Source: Amphiscolops sp. MND2022 (lineage: Eukaryota). From it: a stretch of DNA of 64,000 nt. Of the stretch, positions 24,031 through 36,951 are shown one piece after another. The notes beneath the pieces were generated by a model. It was given only the letters and a program-made list of their open reading frames with translations, had not been told where the DNA came from and ran no database searches. Location of the stretch: contig OZ076409.1 of assembly GCA_964187785.1 (NCBI GenBank), positions 74,402,001 to 74,466,000 of the forward strand. Reading direction: 5' to 3'. Numbering within the stretch: position 1 is the stretch's first letter; every line of letters begins with the position of its first letter. The translations under genes and the position numbers were made by a program.

Positions 24031-25419
24031 GTGGTTGGGGCGGTCCCCAGAACGCACAAGGAGGCGCGGGGAGGGTCCTGCGCCGACGTAGAATAATTTC
24101 ATATAATACTAGTATCCTACATGGGTGTTTTAGAAGCGATTTTGGAATCTAACCGTAGGATTTGGATAATTTTTTGCATGCGGCCATAACTCGAAATTCT
24201 AAGAACTTTTTCCTACTGTCATTTTCCCCGCAAAATGTTTTTTGTTGACTTATGGCCGAAAAACCGGAAATAACGTCCTTTTTAGACGTTATATCCGAAG
24301 TGTCGTCATAACTTTTTTCCAGTGCATGCTAGCGTTCTCGTTCACTTTTACACTTAGTTGCAGCATCTCAAAATACAACTGGTGGAAAATTTTGATTGCA
24401 TTCGGATCACCCCCCATCGAGATAGAAGGGTTCCCCCCTCCAGTTTTACCCCCCAAATTTGCGAAAAAGCCAATTTTGAGCATGAAGCCGAGGATTTAGC
24501 GTACCCGCACCCTCCTGATGTTTTGTTGTACGTATTGGGGTCAATCGGACGACATGTGTGGTTTTCACCCCCAACCCCCCCTGGGACCGGAAATGACATT
24601 TTTTTGTGTTTTTTGGCAGAAATTAGCCTTTTTCATTATTTGGCAGTCGTTTTAGGGACTCCTAGCAGGATATCGAAAATGAAATACAACCTGATCACAA
24701 CCCAGTGACAACATGTTGGCCATTTGGAGGTACCATCATGACCGGAAGTGGGGTCAACTCCCCTTTTTGTGACCGCTTTTTGACCTTGTGAACCAAAATG
24801 CCAACAACTTGAGGCCTAATGACGCATTCAAATCTGTACAAAGATAAAATGTTAGACAACCGAAGTCCCGGAAGATCTTTAGCATATACCGGAAGTTACC
24901 CCCCATGACCGGAAGTTACCCAATGTGACCGGAAATGGTCCAAAAATTAATGTAAAGTTGAATTTTTCACTATTTCAAGACCACTTGATTGAACATCTTC
25001 ATTCCCAAAACTAGCGTACTGGCTTGTTTTGCTGAATTTATGGAAATTGATGAGCTCTATCACCCCCGATAGCCTTCGAAGTTGACCTTGCGTCAACTTT
25101 GGAGGCTATCGATACTGAAAATGAACAACAAAGTACATTGTTGCTCTCGGTTTTTTTCCCGTTGTTTTTCCTCAAACATTCTTGAGACATATACATGGCC
25201 GTTAGTTGAAATCAATATTTAGCCCATGTTATAGCTGGAGCAGCGAAGCGTTACACAGACTAGTGTGGTTTTGAAAGTACATTATTTAAATTAACAACTG
25301 ACCGTCTTAGTCAACTCCACACATTCATACCAACGCCCACCGTCTGTGGGCATGCCGAGGCATGCCCTTCGACGACGTATGACGAATCCACTCCAACGAA
25401 ACCCGCAGTCCTCAGCTAG
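24031..25419 (+). mobile_element. Monomer U19, family C (1389 bp)
   Basis: Near-identical to U21; body unrelated to families A/B/M. Confidence 0.6.
24868..24937 (+). repeat. Four CCGGAA(G/A) motifs at 20-21 bp spacing
   Basis: CCGGAA starts at 24868, 24889, 24909, 24929; counterparts in U21 and U18. Confidence 0.7.
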
Positions 25420-27413
25420 GTGGGCGGTAGGTTTCCCGTAGTCAAAAAAAAATTGCAGGCCGGGGTAGGGGCCCTGGCCGAGGCAAAATACCATAGAAAA
25501 GGTACCAAATTATGTGAGTTTAGAAAATTGAGCCATACAAATTCTCTGAAAATTGCTGTGTGTACCCTATCGCCCAATCTAAGAACTTTTTCCTGCTGAC
25601 GTTTTGCTCTCCAAATGTTACTAATATGACTTTTTGAAAAATTTATCTCTGGTTTTTCATCAAAAATAGTGATTTTGGCAATTTTTGTGAAATATCTCTG
25701 ATTGCATTAATTTTTGGACGTTGACTGTGAAACAAGGTCGGAACCATCATTTCGTGACCATGGCAATGCACTAAACACAAAAGATGTAGAGTTTTTAAAT
25801 TTTTTGAAAATTTGACATTTTTAAATTTTTTTCACTACTATCAGTACCATATATGTCAAAATAACCTCAGAAAAATTTTTTTATTTTACTTATTTTAGAA
25901 TCCTTGCTATCCATGGTTTCTGTTAGTATCTACTCGCTGCCAGAGACTCAACAGTTAGCATCGAATCTGAAATTAAAAATTTTTTCGAGGTCATAGGTGT
26001 TTCACAAGGATTTCACAACATAGTCTTGTTTTACAAATAGGTCATTTACAACATCATATTTTCATCGAGGCATGTCGGATATAGTCTTATTGCTCACGAA
26101 CGGTCCTACTGGCAACGTAATAACCATTTATAGAAATATAAAGTTTTAAAAAAATCTTTTCACCCGTTCTTCAGACATTTTTCAGACATTCGGAACTTAA
26201 CTTAGAAAAATTTCGTCTCAAAAACCCATTTTTCGTCAGGTCGAAATTTGAAATTCAGCTTTTGAAGCACAAATATGCACTCTGACGTAACCAGTAGGGC
26301 CAATGATACTCAACAACACCATTGAGACTGGTATCAGTCGCTCCAAAAACATATGAGCCGTGATAAGACGTTTTTTTCAACAATACTGTTCAATTGATGT
26401 AAACATCGCGGAAGCCTTGGATTACAGTGAAAGTTGATTTGAACAAAAATTTACTCTTTTTTGTCAATCACTATGTAGACAGAATGCGTAGGGTAAGTTT
26501 CAGCACTAATATGAAGATTTTGGAGGAATCGGGTTGCTCAAGGCGTGGTATGAGATACTTTTTTCTCATATACTAGTGTTTTTCAAAACCTTTTCGTTAA
26601 ATATCTCAAAAAGCAAACATTAAAAAATACTTTCCGATATCTAATTTAATTCCTAGAATATAAATGAATCATGTGGTTGATCAGAAACTCTCTACTTTAA
26701 TGTTTCCAGAAAAAAATCCCTTCCCATGTTTTATATCTGTAGCAGTAAAAAAAGTAGACGCTAAAAAATACGCTATTTTGCTAAGATTGAATTGCAATTG
26801 TTTAGCTTTAAAACTCTTTTAATACTTCTAACGCCACCTTAAGGACTCAAGATGATTGAAAATGTCAATCACAATGCTGACATGTAGTCTTTCTACGATC
26901 CTGGCTGGAAAGATTTTGATTATTTTTCAAGTACCTGTTAACTGAATCTCGTGATAGCCTTCTAAGTTGACCTTCTGCGTCAACTTGAGAAGGCTATCAC
27001 TAAAATAAACTAAATTCTGATTTGTTTGTTTGTTCCTAACGTCTTTTGGTACGATCGTCTTACGGTTAGTTGGTTAAACCAGGTCGCTTATACTTCCACA
27101 ATTTTCGACCACCGTCCGTGTATTCGGTTCACACGACTTTACATTTTCAGTCGTTTGTTTTCGATAACTATCACAATGTACTGCCATTAGCGCAAAATTC
27201 ATACTAGTACTTGGTTGGTTGAAATACTTAAACAACTGTTTCCATAGTTATTCGCGGTGATGGTACAATCCGCGCGCCTACATACCTACGGCGTCTTGTC
27301 ACTACAACGCCACATAGGGAAACAACGCCCATAGTCCGTAGGCATGCCGAGGCATGCCTTTCGACGACGCGCGCCAAACACAAGCGCGCCCGCACTTGTG
27401 CGGTAGCTGCTAG
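25420..27413 (+). mobile_element. Monomer U20, family D (1994 bp), AT-rich body
   Basis: Near-identical to U25; body unrelated to other families, but same head scaffold and terminus. Confidence 0.6.
26951..27000 (+). other. Internal bulged hairpin, family D version
   Basis: GTGATAGCCTTCT-AAGTTGAC-CTTCTGC-GTCAACTT-G-AGAAGGCTATCAC: 13 bp + 8 bp stems, single bulged G. Confidence 0.9.
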
Positions 27414-28802
27414 GTGGTTGGGGCGGTCCCCAGAACGCACAAGGAGGCGCGGGGAGGGTCCTGCGCCGACGTAGAATAATTTCATATAATACTAGTATCC
27501 TACATGGGTGTTTTAGAGGCGATTTTGGAATCTAACCGTAGGATTTGGATAATTTTTTGCATGCGGCCATAACTCGAAATTCTAAGAACTTTTTCCTACT
27601 GTCATTTTCCCCGCAAATTGTTTTTTGTTGACTTATGGCCGAAAAACCGGAAATAACGTCCTTTTTAGACGTTATATCCGAAGTGTCGTCATAACTTTTT
27701 TCCAGGGCATGCTAGCGTTCTCGTTCACTTTTACACTTAGTTGCAGCATCTCAAAATACAACTGGTGGAAAATTTTGGTTGCATTCGGATCACCCCCCAC
27801 CGAGATAGAAGGGTTCCCCCCTCCAGTTTTACCCCCCAAATTTGCAAAATAGCCAATTTTGAGCATGAAGCCGAGGATTTAGCGTACCCATACCCTCCTG
27901 ATGTTTTGTTGTACGTATTGGGGTCAATCTGACGACATGTGTGGTTTTCACCCCCAACCCCCCCTTGGACCGGAAATGACACTTTTTTGTGTTTTTTGGC
28001 AGAATTTAGCCTTTTTCATTATTAGGCAGTCGTTTTAGGGACTTCTAGCAGGATATCGAAATTGAAATACAACCTGATCACAACCCAGTGACAACATGTT
28101 GGCCACTTGGAGGTATCATCATGACCGGAAGTGGGGTCAACCCCCCTTTTTGTGACCGCTTTTTGACCTTGTGCACCAAAATGCCAACATCTTGAGGCCT
28201 AATGAGGCATTCAAATCTGTACAAAGATAAAATGTTAGACAACCGAAGTCCCGGAAGATCTTTAGCATATACCGGAAGTTACCCCCCATGACCGGATGTT
28301 ACCCAATGTGACCGGAAATGGTCCAAAAATTAATGTAAAGTTGAATTTTTCACTATTTCAAGACCACTTAATTGAAACTTTTCAATCTAAAAACTAGCGT
28401 ACTGGCTTGTTTTGCTGAATTTATGGAAATTGATGAGCTCTATCGCCCCCGATAGCCTTCGAAGTTGACCTTGCGTCAACTTTGTAGGCTATCGATAAAG
28501 AAAAATGAACAACAAAGTACATTGTTGCTCTCGTTTTTTTCCCGTTGTTTTTCCTCAAACATTCTTGAGACATATACATGGCCGTTAGTTGAAATCAATA
28601 TTTAGCCCATGTTATAGCTGGAGCAGCGAAGCGTTACACAGACTAGTGTGGTTTTGAAATCACACTATTTAAATTATTAACTGACCGTCTTAGTCAACTC
28701 CACACATTCATACCAACGCCCACCGTCTGTGGGCATGCCGAGGCATGCCCTTCGACGACGTATGACGAATCCACTCCAACGACACCCGCAGTCCTCAGCT
28801 AG
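27414..28802 (+). mobile_element. Monomer U21, family C (1389 bp)
   Basis: Near-identical to U19. Confidence 0.6.
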
Positions 28803-30072
28803 GTGGCCGGAAATTTTTTTTTCATCAAAATCTTTGCCATTGGGGGAGGGGCCCCGGATGGCCAGTAGTACGGCATAGCTCCCTACGGAATCCAGGCGGA
28901 AAAAACGTGATTTTGGAAACTAGCCGTCAGAATTTGCTCAAATTTTGCATACGGCTTCCTATAACAATCCTAAGAACTAATCCCTACTGGCATTTTGCCC
29001 AAAAAACGCAAAAAGTTGGTCAAAATCTTAGTTTTTTGGTCAAAAAATGGCAATTTTTCGGAATTTTTTTTTTCAAGAGCCAATATCTCGTCCCACAGGC
29101 CCTGGATCAAAAAGCGTACAATTGTTCGTTTGTTAGGCACTTCATGAACTGTCCGTAGACAAATTTTCGTCCAGATCGGAAAAAAATTGACTAAGTATTA
29201 GCCGGAATTCGGACGCATTTTTTCGCAAATTTTTGAAAACCCAGTCTATCTCTGCCGTTTTTTGCCCAGATTTTTTTCCAGGTCCTCTCCTAAAGACCTC
29301 CCCTGGCCGGTTTACTTCCCAGAAAAACCATTTCGCCCTTTTGCCGCAGTTTCAGCGTTCCAGGATTCCCCGGGTAAAAGATAAATGACTTAGAATTTTT
29401 TCGAAAAATTTTCAATTTTTTTTTTTTCAAATTCAGGCCTCCTAAAGTAAAGAAACTTCCACACAACTAGGATTGCAAGTGATAGCATGTGGAAAGTGCT
29501 TGAATAGACGAGAAAAATGAGCTATTATACGACTCTGTAGCTTAACCTGACGTTGACTTATGATAATTTTAGTGTGAGCTTCGTTTGTGCTTAAAAAATT
29601 AAAAAAACCTAAAAGTCTTTTTAAGGTAATCAGGATACGTCCAATCAACCCCAGAGCTGTTATATTGCCGTTGTGTAGTAGAGCAACACCATTTAGAGTG
29701 TTTTGACCCATTTTGACAAGTTTTGATACAGTCTTGTTCATCCAATAGCTTAAAACAGTTGAGTACATTCCATCCCCCCCTTGTGGGGGAGATGAGAATG
29801 TACTCGCTAAAAGTCAGGTACTATAGCGCCCATTTTGTTTTATTCGACGCTAGTGATGCTATTGCACACGAATACAATAGTTTTGTCAAATCATGTTTGA
29901 CATGATGAATCTTACTTTACCTTTAGTTTACGTTTACCTACTACTACAACATCGCATCCCTGACGTCAACGCCACATACTCGCATCAACGCCCACCGTCC
30001 GTGGGCATGCCGAGGCATGCCCTTCGACGACGTATGCCAAATAGCGCCACAGGGCGCAAACTTGTCCGCTAG
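28803..30072 (+). mobile_element. Monomer U22 (1270 bp), B head
   Basis: U5-type head, tail shared with U34. Confidence 0.6.
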
Positions 30073-31340
30073 GTGGCCGTGTCTTTTCGACGTGCTTTTG
30101 CATTGAGGAGTGGGTAGGGCCCCGCGACGACCTAGAAGAATTGGATGCTCACCGAAACGTGCAGAATTCTACGAGATCTCATAGTTTGAGCCATACGATT
30201 TTTCTGAAATTTGGCATGTGGCCTGGAATTGGTGAGTAGGTAAAACGTGTAGAAGGTAATTTTTCCCAAATTCCACTGTGAGACGAGATATGGGCAAATA
30301 ACGGTCCCAAAAATGGCAAAAATGCACTTTTTTCAACTTTGTCAGCCCATATCTCGTTCCCAGGTGCCCGGAGCGGGACGCGTTAAGCTGATTATAAACT
30401 CTAGGGTGTTGAGGCTGTACGGGGAAGTCAGGGCCGTTCCGATCGGACTTGTAGTCTTGGAGAAATAACGGTATTTTTGGGGAACCTTTTCTAACGGTCC
30501 AGCTTATCTTTGCCATTTTTTCGAAAATGTACTCGCCTAAAGGCCTCCCCCTGGCCGAATTTACTCCCAGCAAAACCATTTGGCCCTAAATACGGAGTTT
30601 CAGCGTTCCAGCATTCCCGGGCGAAAAGTTGTGGGACTTAGAAAAATTTCAAAAATTTTCAAAAATTTTTTTCCGTTTTCCGCCCTCCCCCCCCGAGGGG
30701 AAAAGACCCCCCAACCAGTAATTTGAGTGAATGCATGTCAAAAGCCCTTGTTTTGACGAGAAAAATACCGTTTAGAACATCTTTTTATCTTGACTCAACG
30801 TTGACTTATGACGTTTTGAATGTGATGTAAGGATGTACGAGGCATGTGATAAGTTGATGTTTTGAGACTTTATCTCATATGAAAGCGGTTGAGATGCAAG
30901 CTGTCCTGCTCAAAACGTCTTTCGTTATAATTTTCCAGTGCACCAATACCCTTTGGTGTCATATAAACATACTTTTTGTCGATATATTAACAATTTTAAT
31001 GTATTTATTCCAATTTTTATTATCTTATAACTCAAAACAGTTGAGTACATTTCATCTCCCTTTCGGGGGAGATGAGAATGTACTCGCTAAAGACCTAGCG
31101 CCATGACCAAAAGTTTGAAACCCACGTTTTTTATCTTCTTACAGACTTGTTTTTGTATTTTTTCGGAATTTTTTAAAAATTAATATACTTGAAATACATT
31201 ACTTGACTTTACTACTACAATCCACCTTCAACGTCAACGCCCCCCTGCTTGCATCAACGCCCACCGTCCGTGGGCATGCCGAGGCATGCCCTTCGACGAC
31301 GTATGCCAAATGCCCAGTGCCACGCAGTCATTATCGCTAG
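30073..31340 (+). mobile_element. Monomer U23, family A' (1268 bp)
   Basis: Family A head, different middle and tail; similar to U39/U43. Confidence 0.6.
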
Positions 31341-32608
31341 GTGGCCGGGAATGTTTTTTTCCAACCAATTCGATGCCAACTGGGGGAGGGGCCCCTGGTG
31401 GCTGTTACCCGAAATACATACCTACCCAAATCGTCCGCTCCGGATACGATCTCAAAACTGAGCCATACAATTTTCCTGAAACTTTGCATGTGGGCCTAAA
31501 TTGAGATTGTAAGAACAATGATATAGGCGTTATTCCTGAATTTTTTCAAAAAGTTGGTCAAAAACGCAAAAAATGGGTCAAAATTGACCTCTTTTTCAAC
31601 TTTTTTATTTTTGAGAGCCCATATCTCGGAACGAGGTGGCCGTAGCGGGCCGCATAAAGACTCCGTTTTTGCTGGGCACTTGATGAGGAGTGCGTGGACA
31701 AATTTTCGTCCAAATCGAAGTAAAATTGACTGAGTAATGAGTGATTTTTTGGCGACCTTTTTTGCGAACCCTATTGTATCTCTGCCATTTTCCGCCAAAA
31801 TTTTCAAAAGTGGTTCTACAGGAGGCAACCCCTGCCCAATTTTCTGTTAAACAAAACCATTTGGCCCTAAATACGAGGTTTCAGCGTTCTAGCATTCCCC
31901 GGTGAAAAGTTATAGGACTTAGAAATTTGTCAGTGAAACGCAAAATTTGTAAATTCAACTTCCGGTGCCCAAAAGTCACAAAACTTTCACACAACTAGTA
32001 TTGCAAGTGAATGCACGTGGAAAGTATTGAAATAGACGAGAAAAATGAGCTATAGAACGACTCTCTACCTTAACCTGACGTTGACTTATGATGTTTTGAA
32101 TGTGAGCATCCTATCTGATTTTAATGTCAAAAATGAGATTTTGTAAGTCATGTCTCATCAAAAACTCATCGGAATACGTTCAATCATCCCCATAGCTGTT
32201 CAATTGCCGTGGCTTAGTACAGCAACGCCATTGAATGTCTTTGGACCCATTTTGAAAATAATCGATACCGTCTTATTCGTCCGATATCACGAAACAGTTG
32301 AGTACATTCCATCTCCCTCTTTGGGGGGAGATGAGAATGTACTCGCTAAAGAGCTGGTACAATGGCCCATATTTGTTTTTAACTGACGCTTCTCATGATA
32401 TTTCACACGTACACCTCTATTTGGTAACACATTTTCCTTTGCACCATGTTTATATATGCCAAACCACTTCTTTACCTTACTACTTCTACTCAAACATCAC
32501 CAACGTCAACGCCACATACTCGCATCAACGCCCACCGTCCGTAGGCATGCCGAGGCATGCCTTTCGACGACGTATACCTAGTATACGCGTTAGCGCGGTA
32601 GCCGCTAG
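31341..32608 (+). mobile_element. Monomer U24 (1268 bp)
   Basis: Related to U47; carries the AGGCATGCCGAGGCATGCCT variant. Confidence 0.6.
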
Positions 32609-34594
32609 GTGGGCGGTAGGTTTCCCGTAGTCAAAAAAAAATTGCAGGCCGGGGTAGGGGCGCTGGCCGAGGCAAAATACCATAGAAAAGGTACCAAATT
32701 ATGTGAGTTTAGAAAATTGAGCCATACAAATTCTCTGAAAATTGCTGTGTGTACCCTATCGCCCAATCTAAGAACTTTTTCCTGCTGACGTTTTGCTCTC
32801 CAAATGTTACTAATATGACTTTTTGAAAAATTTATCTCTGGTTTTTCATCAAAAATAGTGATTTCGGCAAATTTTGTGAAATATCTCTGATTGCATTAAT
32901 TTTTGGACGTTGACTGTGAAACAAGGTCGGAACCATCATTTCGTGACCATGGCAATGCACTAATTACAAAAGATGTAGAGTTTTTAAATTTTTTGAAAAT
33001 TTGACATTTTTAAATTTTTTTCACTACTATCAGTACCATATATGTCAAAATAACCTCAGAAAATTTTTTTTATTTTATTTAATTTAGAATCCTTGCTATC
33101 CATGGTTTCTGTTAGTATCTAGTCGCTGCCAGAGACTCAACAGTTAGCATCGAATCTGAAATTTAAAATTTTTTCGAGGTCATAGGTGTTTCACAAGGAT
33201 TTCACAACATAGTCTTGTTTTACAAATAGGTCATTTACAACATCATATTTTCATCGAGGCATGTCGGATATAGTCTTATTGCTCACGAACGGTCCTACTG
33301 GCAACGTAATAACCATTTATAGAAATATAAAGTTTTAAAAAATCTTTTCACCCGTTCTTCAGACATTTTTCAGACATTCGGAACTTAACTTAGAAAAATT
33401 TCGTCTCAAAAACCCATTTTTCGTCAGGTCGAAATTTGAAATTCAGCTTTTGAAGCACAAATATGCACTCTGACGTAACCAGTAGGGCCAATGATACTCA
33501 ACAACACCATTGAGACTGGTATCAGTCGCTCCAAAAACATATGAGCCGTGATAAGACGTTTTTTCAACAATACTGTTCAATTGATGTAAACATCGCGGAA
33601 GCCTTGGATTACAGTGAAAGTTGATTTGAACAAAAATTTACTCTTTTTTGTCAATCACTATGTAGACAGAATGCGTAGGGTAAGTTTCAGCAATGAAGAT
33701 TTTGAAGGAATCGGGTCGCTCAAGGCGTGGTATGAGACACTTTTTTCTCATATACTAGTGTTTTTCAAAACCTTTTCGTTAAATATCTCGAAAAGCAAAC
33801 ATTAAAAATATTTTCTGATATCTAATTTAATTCCTAGAATATAAATGAATCATGTGGTTGATCAGAAACTCTCTACTTTAATGTTTCAAGAAAAAAATCC
33901 CTTCCCATGTTTTATATCTGTAGCAGTAAAAAAAGTAGACGCTAAAAAATACGCTATTTTGCTAAGATTGAATTGCAATTGTTGAGCTTTAAAACTCTTT
34001 TAATACTTCTAACGCCACCTTAAGGACTCAAGATGATTGAAAATGTCAATCACAATGCTGACATGTAGTCTTTCTACGATCCTGGCTGGACAGATTTTGA
34101 TTATTTTTCAAATACCTGTTAACTGAATCTCGTGATAGCCTTCTAAGTTGACCTTCTGCGTCAACTTGAGAAGGCTATCACTAAAATAAACTATGTTCTG
34201 ATTTGTTTGTTTGTTCCTAACGTCTTTTGGTACGATCGTCTTACGGTTAGTTGGTTAAACCAGGTCGCTTAAACTTCCACAATTTTCGACCACCGTCCGT
34301 GTATTCGGTTCACACGACTTTACATTTTCAGTCGTTTGTTTTCGATAACTATCACAATGTACTGCCATTAGCGCAAAATTCATACTAGTACTTGGTTGGT
34401 TGAAATACTTAAACAACTGTTTCCATAGTTATTCGCGGTGATGGTACAATCCGAGCGCCTACATACCTACGGCGTCTTGTCACTACAACGCCACATAGGG
34501 AAACAACGCCCATAGTCCGTAGGCATGCCGAGGCATGCCTTTCGACGACGCGCGCCAAATCTATGCGCGCCCGCACTTGTGCGGTAGCTGCTAG
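32609..34594 (+). mobile_element. Monomer U25, family D (1986 bp)
   Basis: Near-identical to U20. Confidence 0.6.
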
Positions 34595-35673
34595 GTGGAA
34601 TTGGGTTATGACAAACTCATTTTTCGAGGTTGGGGTAGGGCCCACAACCGAGCCCTAATTTCATTTGCTACTGTACCGAAACCCCCCCTGAAAAATCACG
34701 ATCTTTTAAATGAGCCCTACGATTTCGATGAAACTTTGCATGAGGCAAGAAAAAAAAATTCTAAGAATTTTTTCTTGCTGACACTTTTTCGAAAAAACGG
34801 TCCTTAATGGTTTTTTTGGCACTTTTTTGTTGAAATTTAGTGCATTTTGTGCATTATTCGTGAGTAACGTGAATAAAAATGAATGTGCTCAGAATTGGAC
34901 CATATTGTATGTGAATACTCAGCACAGTTATGCGATTTCATTTTCATGTCGCGGCACGTCGCTCCGACTCTCGAGAGTTAGTTATGACAGGATGAAAAAA
35001 TACAAATGAGTGCCAAAAAAACGAGGTAGGAAATTTTTTTTAAAATTATGTTTTTGAACAAAAATGTGAATAATTTTTTTCACATGACAAAAAAAAGTAC
35101 GAAAAAAAGTACGAAAACAAGTACGAGAAAAAGTACGAAAAAAATAGGATAATTTTTTTTTGGAAAAAAAACAATTTTTTGGAATATTTTTTTCACCGTA
35201 CAGGACCTAATTAGTACCGTAGAATTCATTTTATGCATTGCCCAGTTGCCCTTCTATAGTTTTGTAGCGCTGACAACTTATTTGAGGTTTGTGTAGCAAA
35301 GTATGTTCAGCAAAGTTTAAAGGGAGGAACCATATAGTTTATTTTAAGTCAACTCTATTATATTTCACACTGCTGTTAACCAAAATTAACTCTTGCGGTC
35401 GTCTCATGGTCCCGGAGTGGTCCATGAGACAGACGCAATGGCAAAACACAAAGGTCCAAGTGATGATTAGTCGTAGTGTCACATGTGATCCTGCATGTGA
35501 CGGCTGTATATAGGTTGGAGCTGTTTTTCTTTTTCGAAACTTTCGCATTGGCAATATGTCTTTTAATGTCTTAGAACATGTTAATGCGATGTTATTACCT
35601 TCATCGAGTACGTTCTCCTAACACTCTTAACCCAACTCGCTAGACTAATGGCAGTGGACGGACACGAGTCTAG
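34595..35673 (+). mobile_element. Monomer U26 (1079 bp), unique body, no subterminal palindrome
   Basis: Keeps head hairpin and scaffold; own hairpin at 35393-35438; ends GAGTCTAG|GTG. Confidence 0.55.
35090..35137 (+). repeat. 12-bp tandem repeat (AAAAAAAGTACG) x4
   Basis: GTACG at 35097, 35109, 35121, 35133. Confidence 0.8.
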
Positions 35674-36951
35674 GTGGCCGGAAATTTTTTTTTTCAGCAA
35701 AATCTTTGCCATTGGGGGAGGGGCCCCGGATGGCCAGTAGTTCGGCTTGGCTACCTGCAAAATCAGGTACAAAAAAACACGATCTCAAAATTGGCCCGTC
35801 AGAATTCGCTCATTTTTTGCATGCGGCCCTAGAATCAATATATAAGAACAAAGTCCTGCTGACGTTTTGCCGAAAAAACATTTTTTGTTGACCAAAAATA
35901 ACATTTTTCATGCCAAAATGACCGTTTTTTCACATTTTTCAACTCTGAGAGCTCATATCTCGTTCCCAGGTGCCCGGAGCGGTTCGCACGTGAACTGCAA
36001 TATTGCTCAGCGTTGTTAACGGAGTGCGTGGACAAATTTTGGTCTAAATCGGACTTAAACTCGGGGAGATATAAACGGATTTTTGGGGGTTTCCGGGGTA
36101 AATTTTTTAACGGTCCAGCTTATCTTTGCCATTTTTTCGAAAATGTACTCGCCTAAAGGCCTCCCCCTGGCCGAATTTACTCCCAGCAAAACCATTTGGC
36201 CCTAAATACGGAGTTTCAGCGTTCTAGCATTTCCGGGCGAAAAGTTGTGGGACTTAGAAAAAATTCAAAATTTTTCAAAAAATTTTTTTTCGTTTTCCGG
36301 CCCCCCAATGAAGGGGAACGACCCCCCAACTAGGATTTTTGGTGAATCCATGCGAAAAGGTCTTGTTTAGTGGAGAAAAATGCCGTTTAGAGCGACTTTT
36401 TATCTTAACTTGACGTTGACTTATGCCGTTTTGAATTTGATATTAGTATGTGTTGAGCATGTGAAAAGTTGAATATTTCAGTTGTTCTTTCGTGTTAGCC
36501 ATTGAGATACAAGCTGTAGTGATCAAAATGTGATTTTTCGCAGTTTCGTGGTGCTTTTGGTGTATTTTGATTCTTTTGATAAAAAAGTTGTTCTTTATAT
36601 ATTGACAATTTTGGTGTATTGATTCAAAAGAACATGAAACAGTTGAGTACATTTCATCTCCCTCTTGAGGGAGATGAGAATGTACTCGCTAAAGTCCTAG
36701 TGCTATGGCCCATTTTTGTTTTTTTCAGACGCAGATACTGCCAACCGATACTTTTTGTTGGTGCAACTTTCCTGTGCACAATGTCTTTAGAAGCTAGAAA
36801 ACTCTATGTCTCTAGCTTACTTCTCCTACAAATTCGTCACCGACGTCAACGCCACACACTCTCACTAACGCCCACCGTCTGTGGGCATGCCGAGGCATGC
36901 CCTTCGACGACGTATGCCAAATAGCGCCACAGGGCGCCCAATTTTGTCTAG
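35674..36951 (+). mobile_element. Monomer U27 (1278 bp)
   Basis: Near-identical to U36; B-like start, A-like middle. Confidence 0.6.
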
